A stretch of 63,158 bases of DNA, counting the filler, from Octopus bimaculoides (Eukaryota): NCBI RefSeq assembly GCF_001194135.2. It is 5 parts of 4 records of this genome, joined end to end, with 100 filler letters (N's around TTAATTAATTAA, not from the genome) between each part and the next. Parts side by side here need not be neighbours in the genome. Positions count along the whole stretch, not along the records: positions 1 to 19,645 come from NC_068981.1; positions 19,746 to 34,435 come from NC_068982.1; 3 more parts are not named here. One strand, given 5' to 3'. Each line of letters begins with the position of its first letter. Positions within the stretch are counted from its first letter, which is position 1. Of this stretch, positions 13,565 through 25,249 are shown one piece after another. The notes under the pieces were generated by a model, which was not told the origin of the DNA, ran no database searches, and saw only the letters and a list, made by a program, of their open reading frames with translations. A program made the position numbers and the translations under genes.

Positions 13565-14450
13565 TCTTGACCATGCAGATGACATCAAGCTGTACCTTGA
13601 AATAAAAAGAACAGATCCTATACGCTATAGATCTTTATTGCACTCTGACTTAGATCAATGCAGCAATGGCTCACTGACCGGCAACTCAAGATAGTTGTGA
13701 ACACGTGTGTCACCATGCATTTTGGGAGGAAAAATCCAGCCTCTACATACTACCTCAGCAACACCAATATCAAGAAATCTTCTAGCGGACATGATCTGGG
13801 CTTATTGTTAACAAAGATCTGCATTGAACAAACCACATCTCTAAGATTGTCACGAAGGCTGAGAGGGTGCTACCATCACACAGTAAGATCTTTGTCAACC
13901 GCTCTCCAGCTATATATTTAAAATTGCACGCGACAATGGTAGTCCACTCTTGAAATTTGCATCCCCAGTCTGGAAACCCTATCTTTTTGAGCATATAAAT
14001 CTCCAGGAAACTGTACAGAAACGTGCAACAAATCGAATGCTTGCTGTCAGACATCTACCATACTCTGAACATCTTACTTCCCTGGAAATGGCTACATTGA
14101 AGCTCAGACGTCTGGCAACTGACTTGGTAGATACCTACAAGGTTATCCACAATCTTTTCAACAACAAACTTGCGCATATTTTTGAATTCTATATGACAAT
14201 CACTTGTGGACATGCTTATAAAATCCCAAAACAACACAACACCCATGACTTTCGGAAACACTTTTTCACGCATAGAATTGCTGAAGCATGGAATAAACTA
14301 CCCGCATCAGTTGTTAGCTGTCGAGACACTACATCCTTCTATGCTTCCTGAAATCCGCCAATAGTACGCCTAATGGCCTACTATCTTTTTTTAGTTGTAG
14401 TACACCTGAGCATCGTATACAACAATTTCCTTCAGTGTTATATATAAATT
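13565..14450 (+). mobile_element. CR1-like LINE, 3' part of ORF2 (RT thumb and C-terminus), frameshifted
   Basis: HADDIKLY at 13572 (the YADD motif); CVTMHFGRKNP; FASPVW.PY..; RR...DL...YK; RKHFF..R....WNKLP. Confidence 0.9.
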
Positions 14451-16095
14451 AAGCAAATTATCTACACCGTAAATGTATTTCACTCTTTTGTGTATACGGC
14501 TAAGTCTCTAGGCTGCTACAAGAAATATGGTTAGACAACTGACGTGTTGATTACGCTCATTGAGGCAAAATCTCCTGTCGACATCAGTCTCCTTACCACC
14601 ATGTTAATTTTGGAGAAAATCTTGTTTCTTGAGATTATTTCTTTCTTTATATGGAGCTGGTCTTAATTAATATTTGATGCCAGATGAAATATATTTTCTG
14701 CTCTTAGAATATTCAATAGAGTGGATTTAGAAATAGTAAATGTTCTACTAGAATTTATTTATTACATGCTCTCATGTAAGAAAGAAAGTTAATTGTATTT
14801 TTGTCTTCTTTTATGTTATCACAAATATGGAGACACCCTTCACATTCGGTAACTATATTCGACACTTAATACACCGCAGTAGAATAGAGTGTTTTCGTTA
14901 GAAATATTAACATCGCAAACGCCCGCTTTAGAGTACAGTTTGAGAGACTTAATGCATCGTCTCGTTTAACAAGCACTTAGTTGCCTTTGCAGATTTTCCT
15001 CCGTTTCATGCTTTCAGAGCATAACGTACTTGATCTGTGATTTATTAATCAAATACTTGAACTCTCTGGTTCTCAACCTGAGTGGCAAGGCATCTTTAGG
15101 TCACTGTGGTGTAAGAAAGAGATGGCAACTATCGCGTTCGAGCTAACATCACTCGCTGTCACTGTGAGAAGGAACATGACACCAAGATCCAATATTATAT
15201 AATAGCCCTCGACTTCAGTAATTTCCATACACAACTTAACAAACGGCTCAGTAGTACACTTTCATACAAAAGTTAACATAGATATCTCTAGTCCACGAAC
15301 ATATCTAACAAGCGGGGCATTCCTGTTATAGAGTGTACGAAAATTGGGATAATAAAGCAGCAAGCAAAATTTTGATGAAATGAGTAGCTGAACTACGGAA
15401 GACTTAGAACCACTGCTTAAATGCATTTAATCCAGTTTTATTGCTGCTTGATACAATGCAAGCTTCAAGAAAAGATGAGAAAGTATCTCCCTTTAATTAC
15501 TATGCAACTTTTATTTATCCCGAGAAAATCCCCAAATATTTACATAGCTGCTGGTGTAAGAATACAAAGCTAACATAAGGGTAGATGTTCACGTAGCTGC
15601 AAGTAAATACCAAGAACATGTATGTTACTTACAAGGAACTAACCCTTCTAAAATATTCCTCTTAGCATATAAATGATTTAAATTATTATAATTGACACGT
15701 GCGTAAATATGAGAGATGAATGCGTCGTACAATTGATTAGAAATTATCCATTTTGCTACCAAGGGAGAAGTGCTCGAAAGTATCTCTGAATAATCAATCG
15801 CATTGAAAGCTCTAGTGTAATGTTCAAGTTGTTAGTTGCGCGCTCAACTCTTGCTGCATAACTTTACTAATAAATTCGGAAGTAATTGGTTGCCTGTCGT
15901 TCTTTTACATTCACATAAATACACACAAAACATGCAGAAGTGCAGTCATACACACAGGCACACTATCAAACAGGCTGGCACGTACTGCAGTACATAACAC
16001 ACGTTCACTTTATTCAAGCATATAAAGACATACTCATACACGTATATATTATGCATACATTTACCACATTATTTTGTATATGCATATTAGGTGCA

Positions 16096-16127
<32 letters not shown>

Positions 16128-16384
16128 TCTCACTCTCTCACTCTCTCTCACTCTCTNNNNNNNNNNNNNNNNNNNNNNNNNNNNNNNNNNNNNNNNNNNN
16201 NNNNNNNNNNNNNNNNNNNNNNNNNNNNNNNNNNNNNNNNNNNNNNNNNNNNNNNNNNTATATATATATATATATATATGAATATCTAAAATCCCATAAT
16301 TATTATTATTGTATTGTTTATATTTTTCGTTTTGGGATTTGGTTTGCAAGATTCTTTATGTGAGTTCGTGTGTTGAAGCATATT

Positions 16385-16550
16385 CTGTTGCGTCTGGGGA
16401 GAGTCATTTTCTTTTTGTGCCTTATAATTTAACACACTCACCGGTAAATATTATTAGGAAAATAAAAATAAGGTATAAGTGGAAATTTTACCGGTGAGTG
16501 TGTTAAATTATAAGGCACAAAAAGAAAATGACTCTCCCCAGACACAACAG
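16385..16550. repeat. 64-bp inverted repeat (1 mismatch) with 38-nt spacer
   Basis: 16385-16448 is the reverse complement of 16487-16550. Confidence 0.95.
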
Positions 16551-17407
16551 TTTATATTTTTGTTTTATCAAAATTTATTAATGTACAATTAATTCTTATC
16601 ATTTGTATATGATAATGACGAGCAAGAAGCATATGGTAACGGAATATCTTTGGAGTAAGATTGTAATTGTTATAGGAATGACGCTTATAATGATGATCAT
16701 CGGATAATATTTCTATAAATACATACCCAGATAGACATTAATTGACGTTGTCTAAATTTAGTGTTGATTGAATGACGATTATAATTAAAGTACACATACC
16801 ATTTTGTAGAAGATGCTGCGTGGATTATCACTTCGTCGAAGTACAACACATTATGTCAAATTATAGAATCGAAATCTGGATGTACAAGTAGATTTTGAAC
16901 GTTAAACGCGCTAGTATACTTTGCATATTTATCGATGAGAAATACCGGACTGAATTGAAAATTGAATGAACAACATTTGCAACCGAATTCATATTGTACT
17001 GGTATGTTATTCAATTAAGTTTACTGCAATATATTTGATGTTATCTAAGAAGAGTACCAGGAATCATTTGGTTGGTGCAATTACGTTAGCCATAGGTTGA
17101 GCAAATTCTGCCCTGAACATGTCTAATTACTTAATTATTATAGACAATAATTCGTGTGTAAAGTTTCCATTGTTTGGTGAATAAATTCTTTCAATATCAT
17201 ACACGAGTGGATATTCCATCATTCGACTAAACCATAAATGATATGCAGAAGAAGTAAGCAGAAATTTTTAAGAATGCAAGAATTGGAGTTTTTAGAGAAT
17301 ACTGCGTTGATATTACATCTATAAGAATAGAATAATTAATGTTGACGTGTTTGTAGTTTTGCATCGACTCTACATAAGAATGCAAATGATGTCCTTCGTA
17401 CATCATA

Positions 17408-17409
<2 letters not shown>

Positions 17410-17465
<56 letters not shown>
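17410..17465. repeat. (ATCT)n microsatellite
   Basis: Direct reading of the sequence. Confidence 0.97.
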
Positions 17466-18160
17466 AAACATATATATGTGTGTGTAGTAGTAGTAGTAGT
17501 ACTAGACTTTATGTGTACAAACAAACGTACGACTGCTANNNNNNNNNNNNNNNNNNNNNNNNNNNNNNNNNNNNNNNNNNNNNNNNNNNNNNNNNNNNNN
17601 NNNNNNNNNNNNNNNNNNNNNNNNNNNNNNNNNNNNNNNNNNNNNNNNNNNNNNNNNNNNNNNNNNNNNNNNNNNNNNNNNNNNNNNNNNNNNNNNNNNN
17701 NNNNNNNNNNNNNNNNNNNNNNNNNNNNNNNNNNNNNNNNNNNNNNNNNNNNNNNNNNNNNNNNNNNNNNNNNNNNNNNNNNNNNNNNNNNNNNNNNNNN
17801 NNNNNNNNNNNNNNNNNNNNNNNNNNNNNNNNNNNNNNNNNNNNNNNNNNNNNNNNNNNNNNNNNNNNNNNNNNNNNNNNNNNNNNNNNNNNNNNNNNNN
17901 NNNNNNNNNNNNNNNNNNNNNNNNNNNNNNNNNNNNNNNNNNNNNNNNNNNNNNNNNNNNNNNNNNNNNNNNNNNNNNNNNNNNNNNNNNNNNNNNNNNN
18001 NNNNNNNNNNNNNNNNNNNNNNNNNNNNNNNNNNNNNNNNNNNNNNNNNNNNNNNNNNNNNNNNNNNNNNNNNNNNNNNNNNNNNNNNNNNNNNNNNNNN
18101 NNNNNNNNNNNNNNNNNNNNNNNNNNNNNNNNNNNNNNNNNNNNNNNNNNNNNNNNNNNN

Positions 18161-18194
<34 letters not shown>

Positions 18195-18489
18195 AACTAG
18201 ATTTTGCTGCACAGTTGGCCGAATGTGAAATGAAAATTTCGATATGTAGCTGGTGCTAATGAAGTGATGAAATTTAAGACAATTGTGGTAATATATAAGT
18301 ATATGAAGCTGGCGAAGCTAGTACGAAAGTACAGAAGTTGTGTTTCTATCGTGGCTTTACACATGTTTGTAGCCAGAATATATATATCAAAATATATGAA
18401 CACAGACGTCACCATACTCATTATACAAATAGTCATACATATACGTACATCAACCTCACTCGTTTAGCAGATAAATAGTACTTTTCGCA

Positions 18490-18660
18490 TGATGATTAAG
18501 AGAATGATGATGATTATGATGATGATGATGAGGAGGATGAGGAGGAGGAGGGGGATGGTGATGATGATGAAGGGGAAGTGGAGAATTATGACGATGATTA
18601 TGATGATGATGATAAGTGGTGGTGATGATGATGATGATCATTATAGTGATGATGGTAATA
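18490..18660. repeat. Degenerate (GAT/GAG)n trinucleotide tract
   Basis: Direct reading of the sequence. Confidence 0.95.
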
Positions 18661-19092
18661 ATACAATCTGTAAAAAGCAAAATTTAACAACTTTCATACA
18701 AGAAGAGGCAAAGGTTAATTCTTTTAAGCATATATGATATTTATCACAACGAGGAAACATTACGAGGCCATCCATGGTCTTCTTCAACAGCAATCACGCA
18801 ATGCATAATGCGCTGAGGCTATTTTTCCAGTGCCTCACTGGATTTACAAAAAATCTCAGTAGGATTTCAGAAATGCAAACATGCACTTTTCTTCATAACC
18901 AAATCCAATATGTTGTGTGTATATATATATATATGTAAGTGTGTCTCTGTGTGTGTGTGTATAGATGTAAATACATATTTATATGTAAGCATATATATGC
19001 ATACATATATATAAAACTATGTCAATATACATATATGAACATACATATAAAAAAATTATATACATGTACATATGCATATGGTTACCTATATG

Positions 19093-19133
<41 letters not shown>

Positions 19134-19240
19134 CTGTGTCTCTGTGCGTGTATATGTGAATATATGCATATGATTACATATTAAGCATAAATAAATATAT
19201 ATACTATAAATATACATTACGTACATGTGTGAGAGCTTCA

Positions 19241-19272
<32 letters not shown>

Positions 19273-19645
19273 ATGTATATACGTATACATATTATCCACG
19301 TGAATGTCTAGAAGTGCGAATATCCAATGATTTCTGTATGCTAATGTGTTATGAAACGAAGATTAAGAAACGTATGTATGTATGTATGTATGTGTGTATG
19401 TATGTGTGTGTGTGTGTGTTTGTATATATGTATCTATGTATATTGAAAGAAGTGTTTTTTTACGTTTACTAGCATTCTCAGGATTATTTACTTTTGTAAC
19501 TACAGGGTTACTCACGTGAAATGACAAAGTTAATATGTGTCGTGCATTTTTGTATCAATACGTTACATACAAAAATACACACGCACTCACATAAGTGAAC
19601 GTATAGTGACACAGGTACATGTATATGTATATATATATATATATA

Positions 19646-19745
19646 NNNNNNNNNNNNNNNNNNNNNNNNNNNNNNNNNNNNNNNNNNNNTTAATTAATTA
19701 ANNNNNNNNNNNNNNNNNNNNNNNNNNNNNNNNNNNNNNNNNNNN
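19646..19745. other. Artificial scaffold-join spacer 44N-TTAATTAATTAA-44N (also centred at 34480, 45584, 58873)
   Basis: The same 12-mer (stops in all six frames) sits inside N runs at four places; 44 N on each side counted at this one. Confidence 0.95.
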
Positions 19746-19781
<36 letters not shown>

Positions 19782-20018
19782 GCTGGATATAACTCTTAAT
19801 ATGTGTGTACGTGTGTAGTGTGTGTTTGTGAGGGTGTGAATGAAAGTATGTGTGTGAGAGAGTGTGTGTGGTTTGATGTAGATATCTGTTTATCTTGTTC
19901 ATAACTACGTACATAGTAAATATTTTATACAGAAATATTAATAAGCGCGTAGATGCCATTTTTTGTTTTTCACCGAAACATCAATATATTCTAGTTATGA
20001 TGCATGACGCGAATGCAA

Positions 20019-20068
<50 letters not shown>

Positions 20069-20146
20069 NNNNNNNNNNNNNNNNNNNNNNNNNNNNNNNN
20101 NNNNNNNNNNNNNNNNNNNNNNNNNNNNNNNNNNNNNNNNNNNNNN

Positions 20147-20183
<37 letters not shown>

Positions 20184-21263
20184 AACGTTGCACATAAATA
20201 ATAAATAAACAACGAATTAGTTGATATAATAATCACAGAAATATTAATAAAATCAACAAAATGAAAAATAAAAACTAACAGAATTATAATCTAAATTGAA
20301 ATAATTTTCTCTCGAACAGACTAAGATTGAATTACAGAAGACGGGGTCGTTTTGTTAATCGCTTCCATCAATAATTTCTATTATCGAACGTGTACAGAAA
20401 ACGTTTCTTTGTTCCATTTAACAAATTTGATATTTCTTGTTAGATTTTAACGGTCCCCTACATTATATAAGTTTACGCTAACTTAACTAGATATTTTCTA
20501 TATCGAACACCAAGTTCTCGCCTGCCAATATCATTTATCACGTCGGAAATGATTCTTGTTTTGTCTACGCAACCACCAGGATTATTTATAGTAAGCACTT
20601 AAGTTCTCAAAACTCTAATGTAACATTTTATTTCTCCACAAAGTAATCTGCTGGACTGCAGCTCTCATGTTTACTCTATTTTGTTATAAAACGTCAAGAA
20701 TCAAGAATTATTAATTCTTTTTCTCCCAGTGGATTTGAAAGAAAAATTGTTTTACACCTCCCATATTATTCTTTACGCCCTCCTTATTCTCTTGGGTCGA
20801 AGTAACGTCCGCATTCAAATTGAAGAAATATAGCTAAGTGATTTTCATGTGAATTATACATTTGAACTGGGAATAGACAAGTATTCAAGCCGAAAGAGTT
20901 CAATCCCCCTAGATGTAAGAGGAATGGTGGATGATGGACGGCTGTGCATGACAACACCACGTGACTGACTTTTGGGCAGCTGCTGTCATTACAGCACGTT
21001 GTCAAAAATGGGTGCAGATTTGATAGCAAAACTAAAACTATTAAAGACACTCCCTGCTCTATTTCATTATAAGCATAACATGTATATACACTAATGACTA
21101 ACTGAAAGTTACTATTTTTAGTGAAGAAATGTTTCATTATTCGAATCAGTCTGATACGATGTGTATGTGTGTGTGTGTGCGCGCGCACGCGTGTGTGAGT
21201 TTGTGTGTGTGTATATATGTATGTGTGTGTATGTATGTATATATATATGTATATATATGTATG

Positions 21264-21308
<45 letters not shown>

Positions 21309-21397
21309 GTATGTNNNNNNNNNNNNNNNNNNNNNNNNNNNNNNNNNNNNNNNNNNNNNNNNNNNNNNNNNNNNNNNNNNNNNNNNNNNNNNNNNNN

Positions 21398-21436
<39 letters not shown>

Positions 21437-21733
21437 ATATATATGTGTATATGTGTATGTGTATATGTATATATATGTATATATATATGAATATACATAT
21501 ATACACATATATATATACATATGTACTAAATTTGAATTCTTTGCAATAAAATTTGATGACAAAGAATTCAAATTTGATGGCAAAGAATCCAAACTAGATC
21601 GAAAACATCTATAAATATATATATACTAATACCCCCCCCCACACACACTCAAACACACATATGTATTTAAAGCGTACATTTTAGCCATCTCACAAAAGTT
21701 GTAAATTGTAAAACGCAACTCATCATTACTACA

Positions 21734-21778
21734 TGAACCTGAAGATTGCATAGTTTTATGCAAGAAAGTATTAGTTCA
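21734..21778 (+). ncRNA. Minimal type I hammerhead ribozyme
   Basis: TGAAC-CTGAAGA-TTGCATA GTTT TATGCAA-GAAA-GTAT-T-A-GTTCA: 5-bp stem I, intact CUGANGA and GAAA core, perfect 7-bp stem II, A-U stem III with a near-palindromic loop, UH cleavage site. Confidence 0.7.
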
Positions 21779-21867
21779 ATCAGAATGGACATTTAATATT
21801 CTATCATTTCATTATAATATATTCTCTTTCTCTCTCTCTTTCTCTCTCTCTCACACACACGACAAGC

Positions 21868-22022
21868 TTATTTCAGTTTCCGTCTTTCCCTCTACCGAAT
21901 TCTTTCACAAGATTTTGGTCGGCTCGAGGCTGTAGTAGAAGACACTTGCCCAAGTTGTCACGCATCGGGACTGAACCCGGAACCATGTGTTTTGGAAGCA
22001 ATCTTCTTACCACACAGCCACT
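21868..22022 (-). mobile_element. CORE-type SINE family B, 5' half
   Basis: Reverse complement of gtggctgtgtggtaagaag..gggttcagtccc..cttgggcaagtgtcttctac. Confidence 0.85.
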
Positions 22023-23374
22023 TGAAAAGTCTGCAAACGTACATAATAAAGCATTAGCATTATTAAAATGAAGTTAATAATCCAAAAATATTAAATCGCA
22101 TTAATAGAGTGTTTTCATACCCTTAAGGCAACGAATTGACAGTGTTATAAAACGATCGGATAAAATGCCTTGAGATGCTTACATCGCCGCTCTGACTTCA
22201 AATCCCTTCACTCATCTATCGTCCTTTGAGGCTAAAATAAAATGTCAGGATTAATAGAATTGTGACATTGCTGAGCGGGATACTTGTGAAATAGGTTCTG
22301 GTTCCTGAAGATCTGGTTGCTTCAGAAGTCGATCAAAAGCCCCGGATGAAGGACACTATCGTTTATATTATGGCCCTTTCCTGAAGGTCACAGCGGATAC
22401 CATTTGCAGGTGCCTCTGCTCATCGAAGAAAACTATCGCTTTAGTCAAGGCTGGTGTGAAGATGATGTTAGCTGCTAGATCCACCTTCCATGTCTTCTAG
22501 CAACAACACAAAACTGGAGCTAAAACTTGCCTGACAAAATAGCTGAAGTTCCCAGAAACTGTTGCTTCAACACCGCTAAAGCCAACTATAGTAGGTGGTT
22601 CTGTTAGAACTCACCATACTCTGGGAGGACTGTAATAAAGAAGCAATCGAGAGGAGGAGAATGAAATATATTGAGCGCGTAGAGTTATGTCAAAACAACT
22701 TGTAGCAAGCTAGCAACTGTGATTCTATTAGGGTACGATGCAGAGGGTTTACTATGCCAGTCCCTCTACAGAGCCTACAACATGTTAGGCATCACAGGGG
22801 CAAGTTGCCGGAAAGTAATCTAAATGGTTACAAAATCGTAGAAGTTATTTTTTATGATAGCTGTGGACGAAGAGTTATGAGTCCTAGAGGGGATGGGGGT
22901 TATGCTCCCTGCAGTACTATTAACCGGACACAACTTTGGGCCTGACCAACACTGGTTAGTTGCCAGCATGAGATTCTGTGATTGTTGAAAGACTCGAAAC
23001 ATCAAAATGACTCCAGATAATATCACTAGCGATGTTTCACAATCACAAAATAAAGTATCAGTTTTTGTGTTGTGGACTGGCTGAATCGTTAATGTATCGG
23101 ACGGGTGCCTCGTGGTATTTGTTTCGGCTGTTCGGGCTGTGAGTTCAAATTTTTCTTAGTAGATAGGTTTATGCTTGATCTGTCGTCAGTTTTACAACAT
23201 TTCCCCTCCTGGATCACCTTTAGAGAAGAAGTTCATTCTCCTGTAGTGGCTCGGGACCACGTAACCGATCTGGGGTTAGCTCTCCCCTTCTCTCCCCCAT
23301 ATCTGTTTCGAAGGGGCACAGAAAATGTCATGGGTACTACTCTTCCTTTTGATTAAGGAAAAATTAAAAAAATA

Positions 23375-24210
23375 AATGTGTGGCTGTGTGGTAAGAAGTT
23401 TGCTTCTCAACCATATGATTCCAGGTTCATTCCCATTGTGTAGCACCTTGGGCAAATGTTTCCTGCTACAGTCTTGGGCTGGCCAAAGCCTTGTGAGCGG
23501 ATTTGGTAGATGGAAAATGAATGAAGCCAGGTGTGTATATATATATATATATATTATATAAAGGGCATTAACTGTGTATCAATGCCTCACGCTATCGAGG
23601 GACTAAATAAGTAAAAAAACTACCCCTCGATAGCGTGAGACATTGATACACAGTTAATNNNNNNNNNNNNNNNNNNNNNNNNNNNNNNNNNNNNNNNNNN
23701 NNNNNNNNNNNNNNNNNNNNNNNNNNNNNNNNNNNNNNNNNNNNNNNNNNNNNNNNNNNNNNNNNNNNNNNNNNNNNNNNNNNNNNNNNNNNNNNNNNNN
23801 NNNNNNNNNNNNNNNNNNNNNNNNNNNNNNNNNNNNNNNNNNNNNNNNNNNNNNNNNNNNNNNGAACAAAAACGCAAAAGAGGACAATAACACATTCGGA
23901 CAGATTGACGATACAAAAGCTGACAGGAGAAACAACAATTAGAAGGACAGGAAAAAAGAAAAGATGGGGCATTCGTGGCCTTCTTTCATCGGTCAAGTTT
24001 ACCACGTTTCTTTGTGTTTGTCCCTCCCACCACTTGACAACCTGTGTCGGTTTGTTTACGTCCTAATAACCTAGCGGTTCGGCGAAAGAAGCCAACAGAA
24101 TAAGAGCATGCCTAAAAAATAAGGACTGAGGTCAATTCGTTCGACTAAAATCTGTTTAAGTCAGTGCCCCAGTATAGCCGCAGCCTAGCGATTGAAGCGA
24201 GTTAAAAGAC
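23375..24210 (+). mobile_element. CORE-type SINE family B, split by microsatellite, MITE and gap (5' half 23375-23535, 3' half about 24010-24210)
   Basis: tRNA-like head plus the ACCTTGGGCAA CORE-like motif; the 3' half is homologous to the other family B copies. Confidence 0.75.
23572..23653. mobile_element. 82-bp TTAA-flanked MITE (piggyBac/Kolobok-type target site)
   Basis: TTAA on both sides (23568-71, 23654-57); 30-bp terminal inverted repeats with 1 mismatch. Lies next to a gap. Confidence 0.55.
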
Positions 24211-25249
24211 AGACGATAACCGACCAATCAACCAACCAGCCAACTGTGCTTTAAAGGAAGCCATTTGTTTTCGTTTCATCCTATACAAGAAGCAAAACTC
24301 TTAAGAACACCGAATCACATGGAAACAAGAGGTGATCGTGTTAAGTTACATCTTCATGACAGGCGTGAGTCACTTTGACGTTTAACGTTGGGTGTTTATC
24401 AGCTTCTAACTGTTTTCGCAATGAGGAACGTGGGGTGGGATTTGAATTTTTTCAGACTTCTCTTAGAATTTTAGAGCCATTTTTTTTCTTTCCTCTTCTT
24501 TCTTTTCTCCCGTCTTTCTTCTTTTTATCGTGTTTCTCTCTTATTTGTTTTACTCTCTTATTTGTTTTACCCTCTTCTTTATTTCATTCTTTTCTTCTGT
24601 CTTTCTTCGTTCGTTTCTTTCCTCTTTAGCCTCACCCCCTCCCTATATTTCTCTGTCAGGTGTCTCATAAGCTAGGCAATATAATGCTGTTAAACGCTGC
24701 TCTGTCGTAAGTACTCCCGTTGAAATATTTGCCGTTGGCATGTTTTGTTGTAAAGTTTATAAGCTTGTTAAAAAAATTTCTTCTCGGCGCTGCGAAAAAC
24801 AGATGTTCGAAAGAAAGATAAAGTAAAAATATAAATGAAAGAAAATTATGGAACATAAAAGGATACTAACATAAACTACACCAGTTTTTAAACATTAAAC
24901 ATAAAACCTTATACACATACTTATATATAAGCAACAGACAGTTTCTAAACAGTTTCCGATTACTGTATTCCACTCACAATGTATTGATTAACCCGAAGCT
25001 AGAGAGGAAGTCAAGGCGTCGATTTAGCTGAGTCGTGAGAAAGTCGTATAAAATGCTTGGGGAATATTTCTTCCGATTCTCTACTCTCTCTGAGTTCAAA
25101 TACTGTCGAAGTCAGCTTTACCTTTTATCCCTTCGATTCTAATAAAATACAAGACCTGAACTATGATCAGTTATTCTCTTTCACTTCATTTCCTATTTCT
25201 TCTCGCTCTCTAGAAAAAAAAAATCGACTGTGACCAGACCAAGACAAAA

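Noticed and set aside
18456-18737. His/Pro-rich and Met/Asp-rich ORFs on both strands
   Set aside because: Translation of a degenerate (GAT/GAG) microsatellite; no splice or start context.
19690-19701. Identical TTAATTAATTAA islands inside N runs (also 34480, 45584, 58873)
   Set aside because: Symmetric N padding and stops in all six frames indicate an artificial scaffolding spacer, not biology. It also means adjacency across these points is uncertain.
20795-20968. Peptide NVRIQIEEI*LSDFHVNYTFELGIDKYSS..DGRLCMT, faintly like FABP exon 2 (KISIE..YPFKFDESYSS)
   Set aside because: In-frame stop, no matching splice sites, wrong spacing; similarity is at noise level without a profile search.
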